The translations under genes and the position numbers were made by a program. The notes under the pieces are model-generated. The model made no database searches, was not told where the DNA came from, and saw only the letters and a program-made list of their open reading frames with translations. From Psammoneis japonica (lineage: Eukaryota): DNA of 64,000 nucleotides. The DNA lies in the NCBI GenBank assembly GCA_008632985.1, contig QPGO01000201.1, positions 62,001 through 126,000 of the forward strand. The letters are read 5' to 3'. The first letter of the stretch is position 1; the number at the start of each line of letters is the position of its first letter. Below, piece after piece: positions 38,586-51,685 of this stretch.

Positions 38586-38879
38586 TATAAGGAGCTCTCG
38601 ACTAGCTTACTATCGTAATAGGCTTCGCCAAACGCGGCGTTTGTGAGAAGTGATGAGGTACTGTATGGGTGTGCGTCCAAAGGAAAGCAAAGGCATGCCC
38701 GCGAGATTTTTTCGGAATTTGAAACCACATGCAGCTCTACCTCACTGTATGTGGATTCAGAGGTTTTTGAAATATGCAAACATAAGGAACTAGACATGAA
38801 CATAATCACAATGTTTGATAGTGGCAATCATCCGTCCCTTTTCAAATTCGGGGGAGCGATTTATGACACTTTTATTTTT

Positions 38880-41800
38880 CGGGCGACACAAAATTGCAAA
38901 AACCCCTGGAGCCGACGATGACATTGACACGGCAGGTGAGGTGTCAAAACATTCGTCGTTTCTTGCACTGTTGCAAGGGTGGCTCTGTTAGATCCTCACA
39001 GACATTGGGTTGTGATCGTCCATTCGGAGACACACACTTGGGCGAGAAAAAATTGAGACATGCATGCCACACGCCTCTCGCGCTTCTTCCTCGACTCGTC
39101 TCGAGCAATGTTCCCTGCCAATTTCTACCTCCACCAACCATGCTCTGGACTTTTGGCACCCATTGACAGTGGGAACAAAAAGATCAGAACATGCAAGTGA
39201 AAAATGGTGTTGGCACTCAAGCAAAAGACTGAGACATGCCACCGGCACTCTGGCCCATCCATTGCAAGCAAGCAGCATTTTCAATTTTGTTAAAAAAAAC
39301 TCATGAGTCTTCAGGAAAGTGGCAGCCATGGCCCCACCTCCCACCCAGACATGTTTTCAATTTGGGGAGGGGACCTGTGCTCTGTGGAGGGGACAAGCAA
39401 AGCAAAGTTTGATGAGAGTTTTTTGGCAAGGGTGCCCCCGCCCTCTGGCGAAAAAATGATTTGTCTTTGGGGTCATTGCAGCTTGCCACCATGGACAAAA
39501 GCAAGCTGCACTTTGACGTCAATGATGGACAATGATGCAAGGCATTTTGTCTTGGAGCTCATTTTGCAGAATGAGGGGCTGCCCATCAGCATGGCTGGCA
39601 TGTGGAAGAGGGGCATCGCCGCAACCCAAAGCTCCACAATGCCTTTCCATGAAACACAGAATGTGTCATTGCACAGACACAGAAGAGCTCAGCAGTCATC
39701 TGTCATCTTGCAAATCTCAATGCGTGTGCCTTTGAGATTGCTCAGAGACAGCAAGTTTGCAGGTGCTTCAGCCAGCAATGGGCTGGGAGCGCACCTTGCC
39801 AAACCTGCTGTCTTCACCCAGCAATGCAGCATTCCCATGCAAGAAAGCAGAGGAACAGTCTTCCAGTTCATCTGCTGCTGAGTTCATTGTGACGTCAGAC
39901 AAGGCTTCAAATGAGTTTGCTTCAGACTGGTTCTCAGAAGACAAGTCTTCACATGACATGGGCAGGTGCTCTCCTCTCTTTCACAAAGAGAAGCCAGGGG
40001 AGACTTGTCATCATCAAACAGGAAGGGTGCATTCCAAATGTGTTCTTTGGAAGCTGAGGAGACAAGTTGGAGGCTTGCAACTGCCGTGATTGTCTCAATC
40101 AGGGATGAGATGAATTGTTGGAAGAGGGGGGGCGATCCTGGGGTTTAAACTCACTGTGCCGTGTGCAGCGTGCATCAGCTCTTCTTGTTGAGGAAATTTG
40201 ACCCACCACAATTGAACCATCATGCAGCAAAGATGGCACAACCAGCTCTCAATGTGGGTTGACATGAAAGCAACATGGAATGTGCAAAAGAAAGCTCATT
40301 TGTGCAATGTGGGCAGGCGGCGTTCCTTTGGCGAGCCAGTGGATTGACCATGTTGCTGTCAGAGAAGGTTGAGTGGGAAACAAATTGTGGCAATGACAAT
40401 GACATGGTCATGGTTTGGTTTGGTTTGGTTGTTCAAAGTCAGTGAAAACAGAGCAGAACATGGGACACATGACACAAAAAGGGCTCAAAACCTTTTTGTG
40501 CATTGTTTTCATTGCACGATTTGGCGTTTGAGTGCAACATTGAAAATTTGTTCATCTGCAAAAAGAGAAATGTGAGTTTGAAAGCCATCCATGCCAACTT
40601 GGGAAAACAAGACTGCACGCCATCCTCGTGAGAATGAGAAATGAGCCAACAAGGAAGGGCACACGTGGCTCTGTGACAACACACAAAAATTTGCCAAGAG
40701 CACTGCAGTGTGGAAAAGAATGACAGAGTCAGGAAAGAGCAAGGACACAAAGCTGACTGTGGCGCCAAGCAACAAAGCTCTGCTGCTGGGGCTTTTGACA
40801 TTGGGAAACTGCTGGAAAATTTGGGAGTGCAAGGCAAATTGTGGGAAAAGATGACTTGACAGGGAAAAACCACCAATGCTTGAGTGTGCCAACCCCAACA
40901 AACAGCATGACTCATGGGGAGATGAAGCAGGAGTGCAGCAACTCAACAAGCTGCATGAAGAGGTTGAAAAAGACAGAGCAAGAAACCAAGGTGTGCTGAT
41001 TGACACAGGCTGCATCAACAACCAAAAGGAGAAAAACAACAAGAGAAGGGCAAAAGTGCAACAACCAAGAAAAAGCTGGTGCAGAAAAAGGCAGCAAGAA
41101 TGCAGAAGAGGACAAAGGAGAAGACAATGAGGAACAAAAAAATGTTTCCATCAAAGAGGAGCTGGCAGCACAAAACAGCACGGGAGTCCAGCAAGGAGGC
41201 TGCATCCGGTTGCAACAATCCCATCAAGTTGACAGCAAAGCAAACAGCAAATTGGCAACCATTGAAAAAAAATGTTGACAACTCACAGCATTGTTGAATT
41301 TGGGTGGCAAAATCAGAACAAAATGTCAAAAAAAACAAATGACTGCAATTTGCAGGTTTTGCAGGGATTGGGAGCAGGTGGTCTCGTGGCAAAAGGGGTG
41401 GCTTTTCACAGTTGCTTGTTGTTCTCATGGGAAGGGGGTGGTCTTCACAGCAAAAAACATTTGACCGTCATTGGCAACAATTTGTTGCCATGAGCAACAT
41501 CCAGTGTCCTGTCACAGCACAAAAAATTCACTGTGTGAGAAAGGCGCCCTCGATCGCTGAAGTGCACACTCCAATGAGAGCATCATCCACAACAGCTGAA
41601 AGTGCATGTGATGCATCCACATGAAAATCACACAAGCACGCCACAAAGATGTGCATTGTTGCTTGCATCTGGCGCCAAGTTGATGGAGCCATGTGTTAAA
41701 AAAACCCCTGTTCACCATCTGAGGAAGAGAAAAAAAGAGGCACAAAAAATGCAATGAGTCAAAAGGCTGTCCCCACAAGATGACACATCATCAAACAGAA

Positions 41801-44800
41801 AGCATCAAAATTTCAACCACATCATCACATGAAGCACAGTCTCTTTTTCACAGAGCGCAGTGTGCATGACAGGCCCATGGAGAGAAAGAATCGCGAGGTC
41901 CACAAAGTTTGCTTGTGGGCCACCAGGCAGGTGATGCGCGGTCCTCTTTAGTTGAAGAAAAATCTGGTCAAATTGCCATCAAATTCTGGTCGATTCTGCT
42001 CATTTTGTTTCTTTGGTTGTTCTGGTGAAACCAGAGGTGGTTGGCAACGCACAGCAGAAACTCTGCAGCAACACAAACTCTGCGTGCCAGCAATGCCCCG
42101 CAACTTCTTCCAGCAGCAGATTTGTGCTCTCTTCTTTTGCATGCTAAAACAATCGAACTCCAGAGTTCTTGTGCAGTGTCTTCGCGATGCGAGTGCAGCG
42201 CAAGTTGCCGCACAGAAACTCTGAAACAACTTTCAGCATGGCATCAACATGCACACCCCGTGTGCTGCCACTGTTGTTGATTGGCATGCATGAACAATGC
42301 TTGCACGACAGTGTCATGAGATGTCTTCCACCACTGCTCCTGCATCTGTTGACACTGACAATGATGCCACAAGAAAGTCACTTGCTCTTGATGCAAAGAG
42401 CAAGCTCGTTCTAAATGCACCGGAGGCAGCAAGCATGAATGGCAACTCTAAAGACGTGAAGCCATTCCGAGATGACAAATTCAAGCAGCCATGTGAGTGT
42501 TTTGAACATGGAAAGAAGAAGACTGGATGCAAGGATTGGAAGTGTCCCTCTGAGATGACAGATGAGGAGCACCTTTCCTGTCCACCAAGGAGGTGGAGTG
42601 CTGCTTCAAAAAACTCCAGGGAAGCCATCAACCGAGACACGGCTCGACCTGTGTTGTTCAAGCACGCAATCATCCATTGTGCCAATGAATTCAAGGTGTG
42701 TTCTTGTGGTGGCAAGGTCAATGAAAGTCACACAAATGTTGCCAGCTGCATGAACCAGATTTTGCAGAATCAGCATCATTTTGGCTGGTTTCCTGCTGGC
42801 GGTGGTGTCGCTTGCCAGGAATTGCGAGACGCTCATTGGTGCAAAAAATTGGTGGAAGAAACTGTCAACAGTGCCGCCAATGTTGAGGTGGAGAGTGATG
42901 GAGCACATGTGGGAGAGGGGCAGGTGGGTGTGAACACCCCAGTTGGTCATGTGGCATGCCTCCTGAAACACTTCAAGATGGGTTGGCGCTGACTGCTGAC
43001 AACCTGCACAAGCGGGATCTGCATGATCTCAAGGGGGCGCATGAGGCTGAGTTGTGGAAGGAGAAGTCATCCAGCCAAGCCAATGCCAACAAGGAGAAAG
43101 AAATGCTCAACAACACAAATGCTGTGATGGACTCAGTTGCCAGTGGCGATGCTGTTGACCGTGGGGTGGATTCTCCAGATGGTGTTGTGACCTGCAGTGC
43201 AGTGGCTTGTGAAGGATCAATGGTGCACGACATTGTTCTTCATCCTTCTGAAGGAACGCATGGCTGTGAGAAGTGTGGTGCAATGGTGCAAGACCTCACT
43301 GATTTCACAGATGAGCAGACAGCAGCGACGCACTCGGCAAAGACTGGCCCGAAGAGTGCAGCCAGCAAGGGCAGCAGGGGCAGATCACCCACAACCACAA
43401 TGGCTGATGCAGTTCTAAAGTCGCAAGAGCAAGGCATGTTGGCAGAAGAAAACAACAAAACAGCCCTTTTGAATGAGAAGACAAGGTTGGAGTTGGAGGC
43501 CAAGAAGGAGGAAGCGCAGCTCTTGAATGAGCAGAAAAGGCCAGAGTTGGATGAGAAGAGGGAGGAAGTGTGCAGGGCAGAAAGCAAGCAGATGGCAGAT
43601 GCTTTGGAAAAGGCAACCAAGAAGGACAGTGTGGATGAGCATGTGGAGAAGAAGCGCAAGATTGAGAGCCTGCACGATGTGCTGGGTGAGGAAATTACCC
43701 AAAAGAAGTTGAAGCAGCTGGATGAAGAATTTCTCAGCACTCCAGTGATGGACAGGGGTGGTGACTAAATGGCCAAGCAGTTGTGACAAAATGTTGACAA
43801 CTTGCATTGTCAGTTTCAATTTAGTTGCCTGCAAAAGCAGGGGATCGTGGACGTGTGAGAACACAGCACACAATTTGAATTGCAGCCAGAGCCGTGTTTT
43901 GACATTCTTTTGCGCATCTGGCTGGTGTGTGATGGGTGTTGTCTTGAGCCCATTCTACAGCATTGAGTCCAAGCTCGTGCCATTGAATGATTGGCCTCAA
44001 TTTTGTGTCGATGCAGGGACAGACCAGGGCCAAGTGATGGGTCATCACAGCCAGCTGACCCCACATCCATGATCGCATGTGCACTCTGTTCCTGCAAGCC
44101 TCTGGTTGAATGATCTCTGGGCCTCATTTTGCGAGACTGGCTGCCCCCCATCAGATCTTCATCAGACACGCTCATCTCCATTTGGCAAAAATCAATGCCC
44201 TGTCTGCTCTCCAACAGACACACTCGGCAAGGATGGCTGCCCTGTCTGCTCTTGAACATGCCCGACGTTCAGCAAGGTTGCCCTGTCTGCTCTTGAACAT
44301 GCCCGATGTTCAGCAAGGCTAAATCCTGTGAGCTGACAGAAATCATGAGTCGAGAACTCATTCACTGGATCGGTCACTGGCAGCATGGAGCATGACACAG
44401 AAGGTCTGCCAACCTTGTCATGTGACACGCAGTGGCAAAGTGTCAAATCAAACAAAACAGAACCCATTTTTTGATTGCTGGATTTTGACACATGCCCGAT
44501 GACATGGCACACCGCAGGAGTCGCCGGCAGTTGACTGCCTTGGCACCCTTTTGCTCCAACACCACCATCAGCAAATTGAAGAAAAATGTGTCACATCATG
44601 AGGAGGGATGCGCCCACGAGATGCAGCACTCTCATTCTCATTGACGGGCATGATGGTCGCTGTAGACAGCAGCAGCAACAACAAATGACACCAACACAAC
44701 AATGCTCTCATCGTCTCATCGACCTGTGCAGCTGAAGGCAAACAAGGCCACTGCAGAGTGAGTCACAGAATGCCAACAAAGCCACAATGCAATCATGCAT

Positions 44801-45200
44801 CACAAGCACAGTTGTCACCTTGTGCTTTGAATTGGCAGAATGGCAGCACTGTCTTGTGGAACGTAATGCGCTGCTGGTGTGTTGGTGTGTTTGTTTTCTG
44901 CAAGAAGAACCAAAGAGAAACACCCCGTTGGCAAGACACATGTGTCAATGTGCAGCAAAGACTTTGTCACTTTCAAATGCACCAAACAACAACACATCAT
45001 GCTCACCTTGGGTCATCCAGTCATTGCAAACAGCCGTCTTGTCCGTCCACCACAAAAGGCACAACAGCAACATCGTGTTTTTCTCTCTTTGCTTCTGAAC
45101 TTCTGGCGGCGGCCCTCCATCCATCAGCTTTTCTACGTGATTTTTTATGTTTGATCTGGTGCCAAAGATTTGTCTTTGGCAAGGAAAGTTGTGGCAGGAT
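38880..45200. mobile_element. Heavily degenerate repeat-like block(s) depleted in both TpA and CpG; family not identified
   Basis: Same TG/CA-rich signature as the neighbouring transposons. Protein-like remnant on + at ~42360-43768 (coiled-coil C terminus). No diagnostic catalytic motif recognised. Confidence 0.45.
44197..44320 (+). repeat. Three tandem ~41-42 bp units
   Basis: gccctgtctgctct... at 44197, 44239 and 44280. The last two units are nearly identical. Confidence 0.8.
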
Positions 45201-46445
45201 TTAACGTGAGCATCGCAAACCACCTCAGTGCGAAAGTCGTGGCAACTGTCCTTGAGCAATCCGGAAAGCAAGATTCCTCATTCCGTTGAAAGTTCCGGAA
45301 GAGGCTCAGGTTGCTGACTGCCCACCATCGGCAGTCATTCTCATTCTTTCAAGAACAACAACAGCAACAGTCGTCAGACAGTTTTTAATGCTGTCGTTTG
45401 ATGCAGGACACCTCTGCCGCTGTTGTCCTTCATCATTCATTCACAACAGCAACACTGGATCAGCCATGTTGAACCAGGAAGCACCGCCGGGACCGAACGC
45501 CGGTGGCGCACCTCAAAATGCTGCGTCACAACCACCGCCTGTACATCCGGCACCACCTCCTGTGCAGCCTCAACCACAGCCACCACCTCCACCCATTGGG
45601 CCCCCACAGGGGCAGCCGCTGGGAGAACCACCTCCTGCGGTTCCAGGGCAAGCAGGTGGCCCAGGCGGGGTGCCACAACAGCCGCCGCAACCTGCACCTG
45701 GTGCTAACATGCCTGATCAACCCAGGGCATTGACCACGCATGCTGACTTGTGCGCTGCTGCAAGCCTCGACCCGCATGGCGGAAATCACACAGAGGCCAT
45801 GTTAGACTTTGCAGCTGACGCGCAGGCACCGTCGCAGCACAACCCGCAAGTGCCATTCGGCAGACTTGCCGCCGCATCCGAACATGACGTGCCTGTGGCA
45901 ATCATTGTGCACTGCCACACACCGGGGCAGGGGAACCACCCCGGGTGCATCCAGGTTTCCCACCGCGTGTCAACTTGCCCCATGACGGCAGTTGGCACCG
46001 CACAACTGCGGGACGGGCGCACCTTTGGCATGGTTGGCGATTTGGTGCATGACCAGTGCCATTTAGCCAAGTTTCCCATGGCCATCACCAACTTGGCACC
46101 CCAAGGCACCCATGCATTGATGGATGCCCAGGCCCTGACTGCGATCGCAGCAGCGCCCGAAGGTCCATTGCCTCATGTGGGAGCCCAGGATGCCCACACA
46201 GTGGAGGTTAGAACCTGGGACATCATGCATGTCCCCTTTGGCTGTGTTGACCTCCTCCTGGTGATGCTGCTGACCCCCAAGCAGGCCTTCGTGTGCATTC
46301 ATGGTGCAGCCACTGCGGCTGATCAGGTCAATGCTTGCAGGCCATTGCTGGACTTTTTGAAGGTGGCGGCCACGGCAACTCAGCAAGATCCTGTGGCATC
46401 AGCCACAGTCTGAGATTGGCCGTCTGTGCCCCAGCCACCCAACGA

Positions 46446-46872
46446 TGTGCAGCATGCCTCGCTGCTGGACAACACGGCGAGACCGTGCACAAGCCTCTTG
46501 TGCGTGGCAACGCAGTGTTGTTGACACGCACCTGGGAAGCACGACCACAGGAGGGCATGGCTCCAGGTCTTGGGCAATTCCAGAAGGATGCTGAGAGAGC
46601 GTCCGTGTGAAGCACACTGGCCCGTCGTCTGGCCCACGATGGCAGCGTGATTCCACACGATGACATCACTCGTGCATGGCGCGTGATGGCTTGATTCGCA
46701 CGATCCACAATGCAAGCACACGATCGATTTGGTGTGATCCAAATGCAAACGAACAGGGATTTGGCAAGATTCCCCATTCGCACGATCCCATTTTCTCTGC
46801 TCTAAACTGGCTCACAATTTTCACAACGACGAAGTCGCAACACATCTTCTTTTTCAGCGCCTGGCACATGCA
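46446..46872 (+). repeat. Gypsy 5' LTR
   Basis: Direct repeat of 51259-51685; starts tgtg, ends tgca. Confidence 0.85.
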
Positions 46873-46940
46873 TGGGGCACAGCAATGTCACTCCCGCATG
46901 TTGTGCGAGGTGACGAAATCCACAGAAACGAAACTGCGAA

Positions 46941-47989
46941 ATGTTGGCAGGACCGACAAATCTTAAAACGACCATGAAGAAGCGGGTTGAGCCGCCGATT
47001 CCGTTCGCACGGCCGGAGAAGAAAGAGCTGCAGCAGGGCGAGTGCCAGACGTTCAAGCTGCGTGACAACCCCACTGATCCGGACAGTCCAATGCACAAGA
47101 TGGGCATTCCGCACCTTTCTGCGGCTACATGCGAGACACTCCCAATCTTTCTGCGCAACGTGGATCGCGTGCACGAAGGACAAAACATCACGACCGGGCC
47201 AGCGAAATTTGCCCTCATGCGTGACCTGCTGCAGGGCGATGCTCTGACGTCATTTGACAATGCCGCTGACAAGCAGGCATCCCAAACCAACGCTGCGTGC
47301 GCAGCATGCATCGCGAAGCTAAAGGAAAGCATCTTCCCACATGGGGCGGCACTGTTGCAGAAGCGTTGTCTGCGGCGCTTCACGCGCAAGCCCGCAGAGG
47401 TTTCTGCTCGTGACTGCGTCGCGAGGGCTGTTGAAATTAACGGCTGTGTCTCTCAGTTTACACCCGTGACGGAGGATGGAGAAACACCGGCACCATCACC
47501 TAATGACGAACTATGCGACATGTTCGAGTACGGTGTGCCGAACGCATGGCAGAAGTTCATGACGATACAGAATTTTGACCCGTTGGCGCATGCTGTCGGG
47601 AGCAGGTCGAGCTTACCGAAGGTAACCAGGACCAACATGCTAAGGTTCCACGTAAGCGGGGACGTAGAACGGACAATCCTGAGTCGTCGATCACGACCCA
47701 ACGGAACACCCAGAAGTCGTGCATGCTACACGGGACTAACTGTGGACATCATACGGAGGATTGCCGTCAGCTCAAACACCACGTGAAACGTGTCAAGACT
47801 GGACATTCCAATAACGGAGGCGGCAAGCCTAACACAAAACCTCGGAATGAGGAAGATATTAATACTCTCATCGGATCGAAGGTCGAGGAGTTCTTTGCCA
47901 ACGCTCAGAAAAAGCGCAAGGCCCGCGAGGAGGAGCTTAATCACTTCCGCGACCTCAACTTAAGTGATTCCGAAGATTCGGACGCCTGA
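46941..47989 (+). pseudogene. Gypsy gag, frameshifted
   Basis: QKRCLRRFTRKP, EYGVPNAWQ and the zinc-knuckle-like CMLHGTNCGHHTEDC in successive frames. Confidence 0.7.
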
Positions 47990-48121
47990 GAAGGGGGCCG
48001 ACACGATACAGGTAGTTTTAATACATTAGATGAATGTACAAATGAACAACTGAATTACCATCGTACACGTGTTGTAGGCCAATCCCGTAAACGAGTTAAA
48101 AAGACTCATCTTACTCCAATC

Positions 48122-51100
48122 TTGTTTATAGCTATGAATACTAAACATGGCAAGGGCAAGACTCAAACTATTAAGGCACTACTAGATAGTGGCGCCAGCA
48201 GTACTCTACTCGATAGTCGATACTGTAAACGTCTGCGAAGCCATTCAACGGCTGAGACAAACTGGACTACGGTAGCAGGCTCGTTTAGTACGTCTAACGA
48301 CTGTACCGTTAAATCTCGGTTACTAGAATTATGCGAAACTGCAGAACTTAAGCATACCGTCCACGTACACAACGGAAAGTTGGGCAAGTACGATATGATT
48401 ATTGGACGTGACATTCTGGAGACGCAAGGCATTGATATTGTCTTCTCTAAACAGATGATAGAGTGGCCAGTAGTCAATGGAGAAGTACCAATGAGGCACG
48501 TAGATGCTACGGTGGAAACCTCCTTCTATCTTCAAGATCCAGAACCCTTATCTTCGGAAACCGACCGGATTTCGCGTATTTTAGACGCTAAGTACGCGGC
48601 GGCCTGCCTCGAGGACATAACGCGAGAAGCAATAGGACTTTCTAAAGTTAAACAAAACGACCTTTTGGCACTATTGAAACGCCATGAGTCCTTATTTGAT
48701 GGGACATTAGGAGAATGGAAGGGAGAACCCTACCATATCCAACTCAAGGAGGGTGTAGAACCATACCACGCTCGTCCGTATAAAGTACCTCGTGCGTACG
48801 AAGCTACGCTACGTAAAGAAGTAGAACGCCTAGCACGTATCGGTGTTCTCAAACGCGTTAACCGATCCCAATGGGCAGCTCCATCATTTATCATACCGAA
48901 GAAAGATTTAACGGTGCGCTTTATTAATGATTTGAGAGAGCTGAATAAACGGATCAAGCGATTGCCTTATCCGATTCCTCATGTCCAAGACATGCCACTT
49001 GAGCTCGAAGGCTTTGTGTGGGCTGCATCGCTGGATTTAAACATGGGCTGTCATCATGTCCGATTGGACACTGATGGCAAGAAGCTCTGCACGCTCATCT
49101 TCCCGTGGGGCAAGCATGAGATGCAGGCATTGCCCATGGGATTGTGCAACTCGCCAGACATTTTCCAAGAGTGCATGTCAGGCTCATTTGAAGATCTGTC
49201 GTTCGTTCGAACGCACTCAGATGACCTTCTCGTCCTGACGAAGGCACCTGTGAAGATCACCTCAACAAACTTGAAGAAGTTTTGTTGAGGGTCCAGAAAG
49301 CAGGACTGAAAGTCAACGCAACCAAATCTCACTTCTGTCAAACCCAATCAGAGCACTTGGGTCATCTGGTCAACAGAGACGGAATGCGACCAATGCCCAA
49401 TGAAGTCGACGCCATTGAGCGAATCGCGACCCCAACCAATGAACGCGACCTGCGTTCATTTGTTGGCATGGTGAGCTGCTGCCGCGACACGTGGATTGGA
49501 CGTTCTGAAGTCTTGGCTCCGCTGACACGACTCGCAAGTGAGGCTGTTGAGTGGGAGTGGACGTCCGTTGAAGATGAGGCATTCGAAACCGTCAAACGGG
49601 CAATGTCGGATGATGTTTTGTTGTCACATCCTGATTTTAACAAACCCTTTGAGACACACACTGATGCCTCTAAACATCAATTGGGAGCAGCCACATCCCA
49701 AGACAATGAACCCATCGCCTTTTACAGCAGAAAGCTTGACAGTGCGCAATTAAATTGTGCAACAACGGAGAGAGAATTGCTCGCCATTGTGGAGACGTTG
49801 AAAGAATTTCGAACGATTCTCCTTGGTCATCGTACAATCACATGTGCTGATCACAAAAATCTTGCGCACAAAGCATTCAACACCGAGCGCGTTATGCGCT
49901 GGCGGTCAACATGCGAAGAATGTGGTCCCGAATTATGCTGTGTCAAGGGTGCCCACAACCTGGTCGCTGACGCTCTTGGTCACCTTCGACTGGCACCCAG
50001 CTTGACTTCCGAGGCTAATCCGGATGCAAAAGACACTCCATCGAGTCGTCCTTTGCATGAAGCCTTTAATGCAGACGCACAAGATGAGCCATCTCTGCCT
50101 GTTAGCTTCAAGCGCATTCAAAAAGCACAACAAAAGGACAAGCGCCTGCTCTCAAGAGCCAAGGACTCGTCCAACTGCTCCATTCACGACAGTTGGTCTG
50201 TCACAAGGACAAAATCGCAGCACCACAGTCATTGCAGGTTCCGCCAACTGAATGGCACCACGAGACACTGTGTCATCCAGGTGAGACACGCACGGAAATG
50301 TTCATTGCCCAGCACTTCTGTTGGCCCAGTGTGAGGTCTACGGTGCATTCTACGTGCGTTGAGTGCGATCGATGCCAGAAGACAAAACGCCGAATGCAGC
50401 ATCATGGGAAGCTGCCAGAAAAGGTCGCAGAGATAATTCCATGGGAGACTCCATGCATGGATGTGATGGGGCCACATGAAATTCAAAGACGCGGAAAGGA
50501 CACCTTGCAATCATGGGCAGTCACAATGATTGACCCAGCAACCGGGTGGTTCGAGATTAAAGAAGTGTCTACGAAACGTGCAGACGTCGTGGCAAACATC
50601 GTGGAACAAACGTGGCTGTGCAGACATCCGTGGCCAACCCAGGTGGTTCATGACCGTGGGACAGAATTCATGGCAGAATTTAGCCAGATGATTAAAAATG
50701 ACTGTGGGATTTTGAAGAAACCCATGAGTGAACGGAATCCACAGGCAAATGCCACAGTGGAACGTGTGCACCAGACACTTGGCAACATGGTGCGTTCCTT
50801 TTCAGCACAGGATGTGGAACTGGACGAAGATGACCCATGGAGTGGCATCCTCTCCGCAGCAGCCTTCGCTGTTAGAGCCACGGCACACATGACCACGCGT
50901 GCAAGTCCCGTGCAATTGGTCTTCGGACGTGATGCGGTTTTGTCTGTTGCCCATCGTGCCAAGTGGAAGCACATAGAAACCAGAAAGCAGAAGCTCACCC
51001 ACTTAAACAACAAGCATGAAAATCAGAAACGCAAGGAGTGTCAACACACCGCAGGGCAATTGGCACTTGTCAAACAGGAACAATCCTCTAAGTGCGGTTC

Positions 51101-51230
51101 TGACAGCCATGCAGGACCCGCCAGAGTTGTCCGTGCACATGACAACGGCACGTTGCGTGTCCAGAACGGAGCACTGACAGATGCGCACAATCTATGGCAG
51201 ATTTCACCCTGTCACCAGCAAGACATCCTG
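48122..51230 (+). pseudogene. Gypsy pol (PR-RT-RNase H-integrase), frameshifted and mutated
   Basis: ORFs 48122-49288, 49282-50334 and 50193-51305 carry the domains in Gypsy order. Confidence 0.92.
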
Positions 51231-51258
51231 TCACTTAACGGCCCTGATCATGGGGGAG

Positions 51259-51685
51259 TGTGCAGTGTGCCTCGCTGCTGGACAACACGGCGAGACCGTG
51301 CATGAGCCTCTTGTGCATGGCAACGCAGTGTTGTTGACACGTGCCTGGGAAGCACGACCACAGGAGGGCGTGGCTCCAGGTCTTGGGCAATTCCAGAAGG
51401 ATGCTAAGAGAGCGTCCGTGTGAAGCACACTGGCCCGTCATCTGGCCCACGATGGCAGCGTGATTCCACACGATGACATCACTCGTGCATGGCGCGTGAT
51501 GGCTTGATTCGCACGATCCACAATGCGAACGCACGATCGATTTAATGCGATCCAAATGCGAACGAATGGGGATTTGGCAAGATTCCCTGTTCACACGATC
51601 CCATTTTCTCTACTCTAAACTAGCTCATAATTTTCACAACGACGAAGTCGTAACACATCTTCTTTTTCAGCGCCCAGTGCATGCA
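51259..51685 (+). repeat. Gypsy 3' LTR
   Basis: Follows the polypurine tract; direct repeat of 46446-46872. Confidence 0.85.

Larger units (their letters stand above)
46446..51685 (+). mobile_element. Ty3/Gypsy LTR retrotransposon, full length but mutated
   Basis: 427-bp TG...CA LTRs, TGG (PBS-like) after the 5' LTR, gggggag PPT before the 3' LTR. Domain order gag, PR (LLDSGAS), RT (SLDLNMG, HSDD), RH (TDAS, AFYSRKL), IN (HHCC, DRGTEF, ERVH). Confidence 0.93.

Noticed and set aside
44197..44320. Short repeats resembling a CRISPR array
   Set aside because: Three contiguous tandem units without unique spacers, no cas genes, eukaryotic context.
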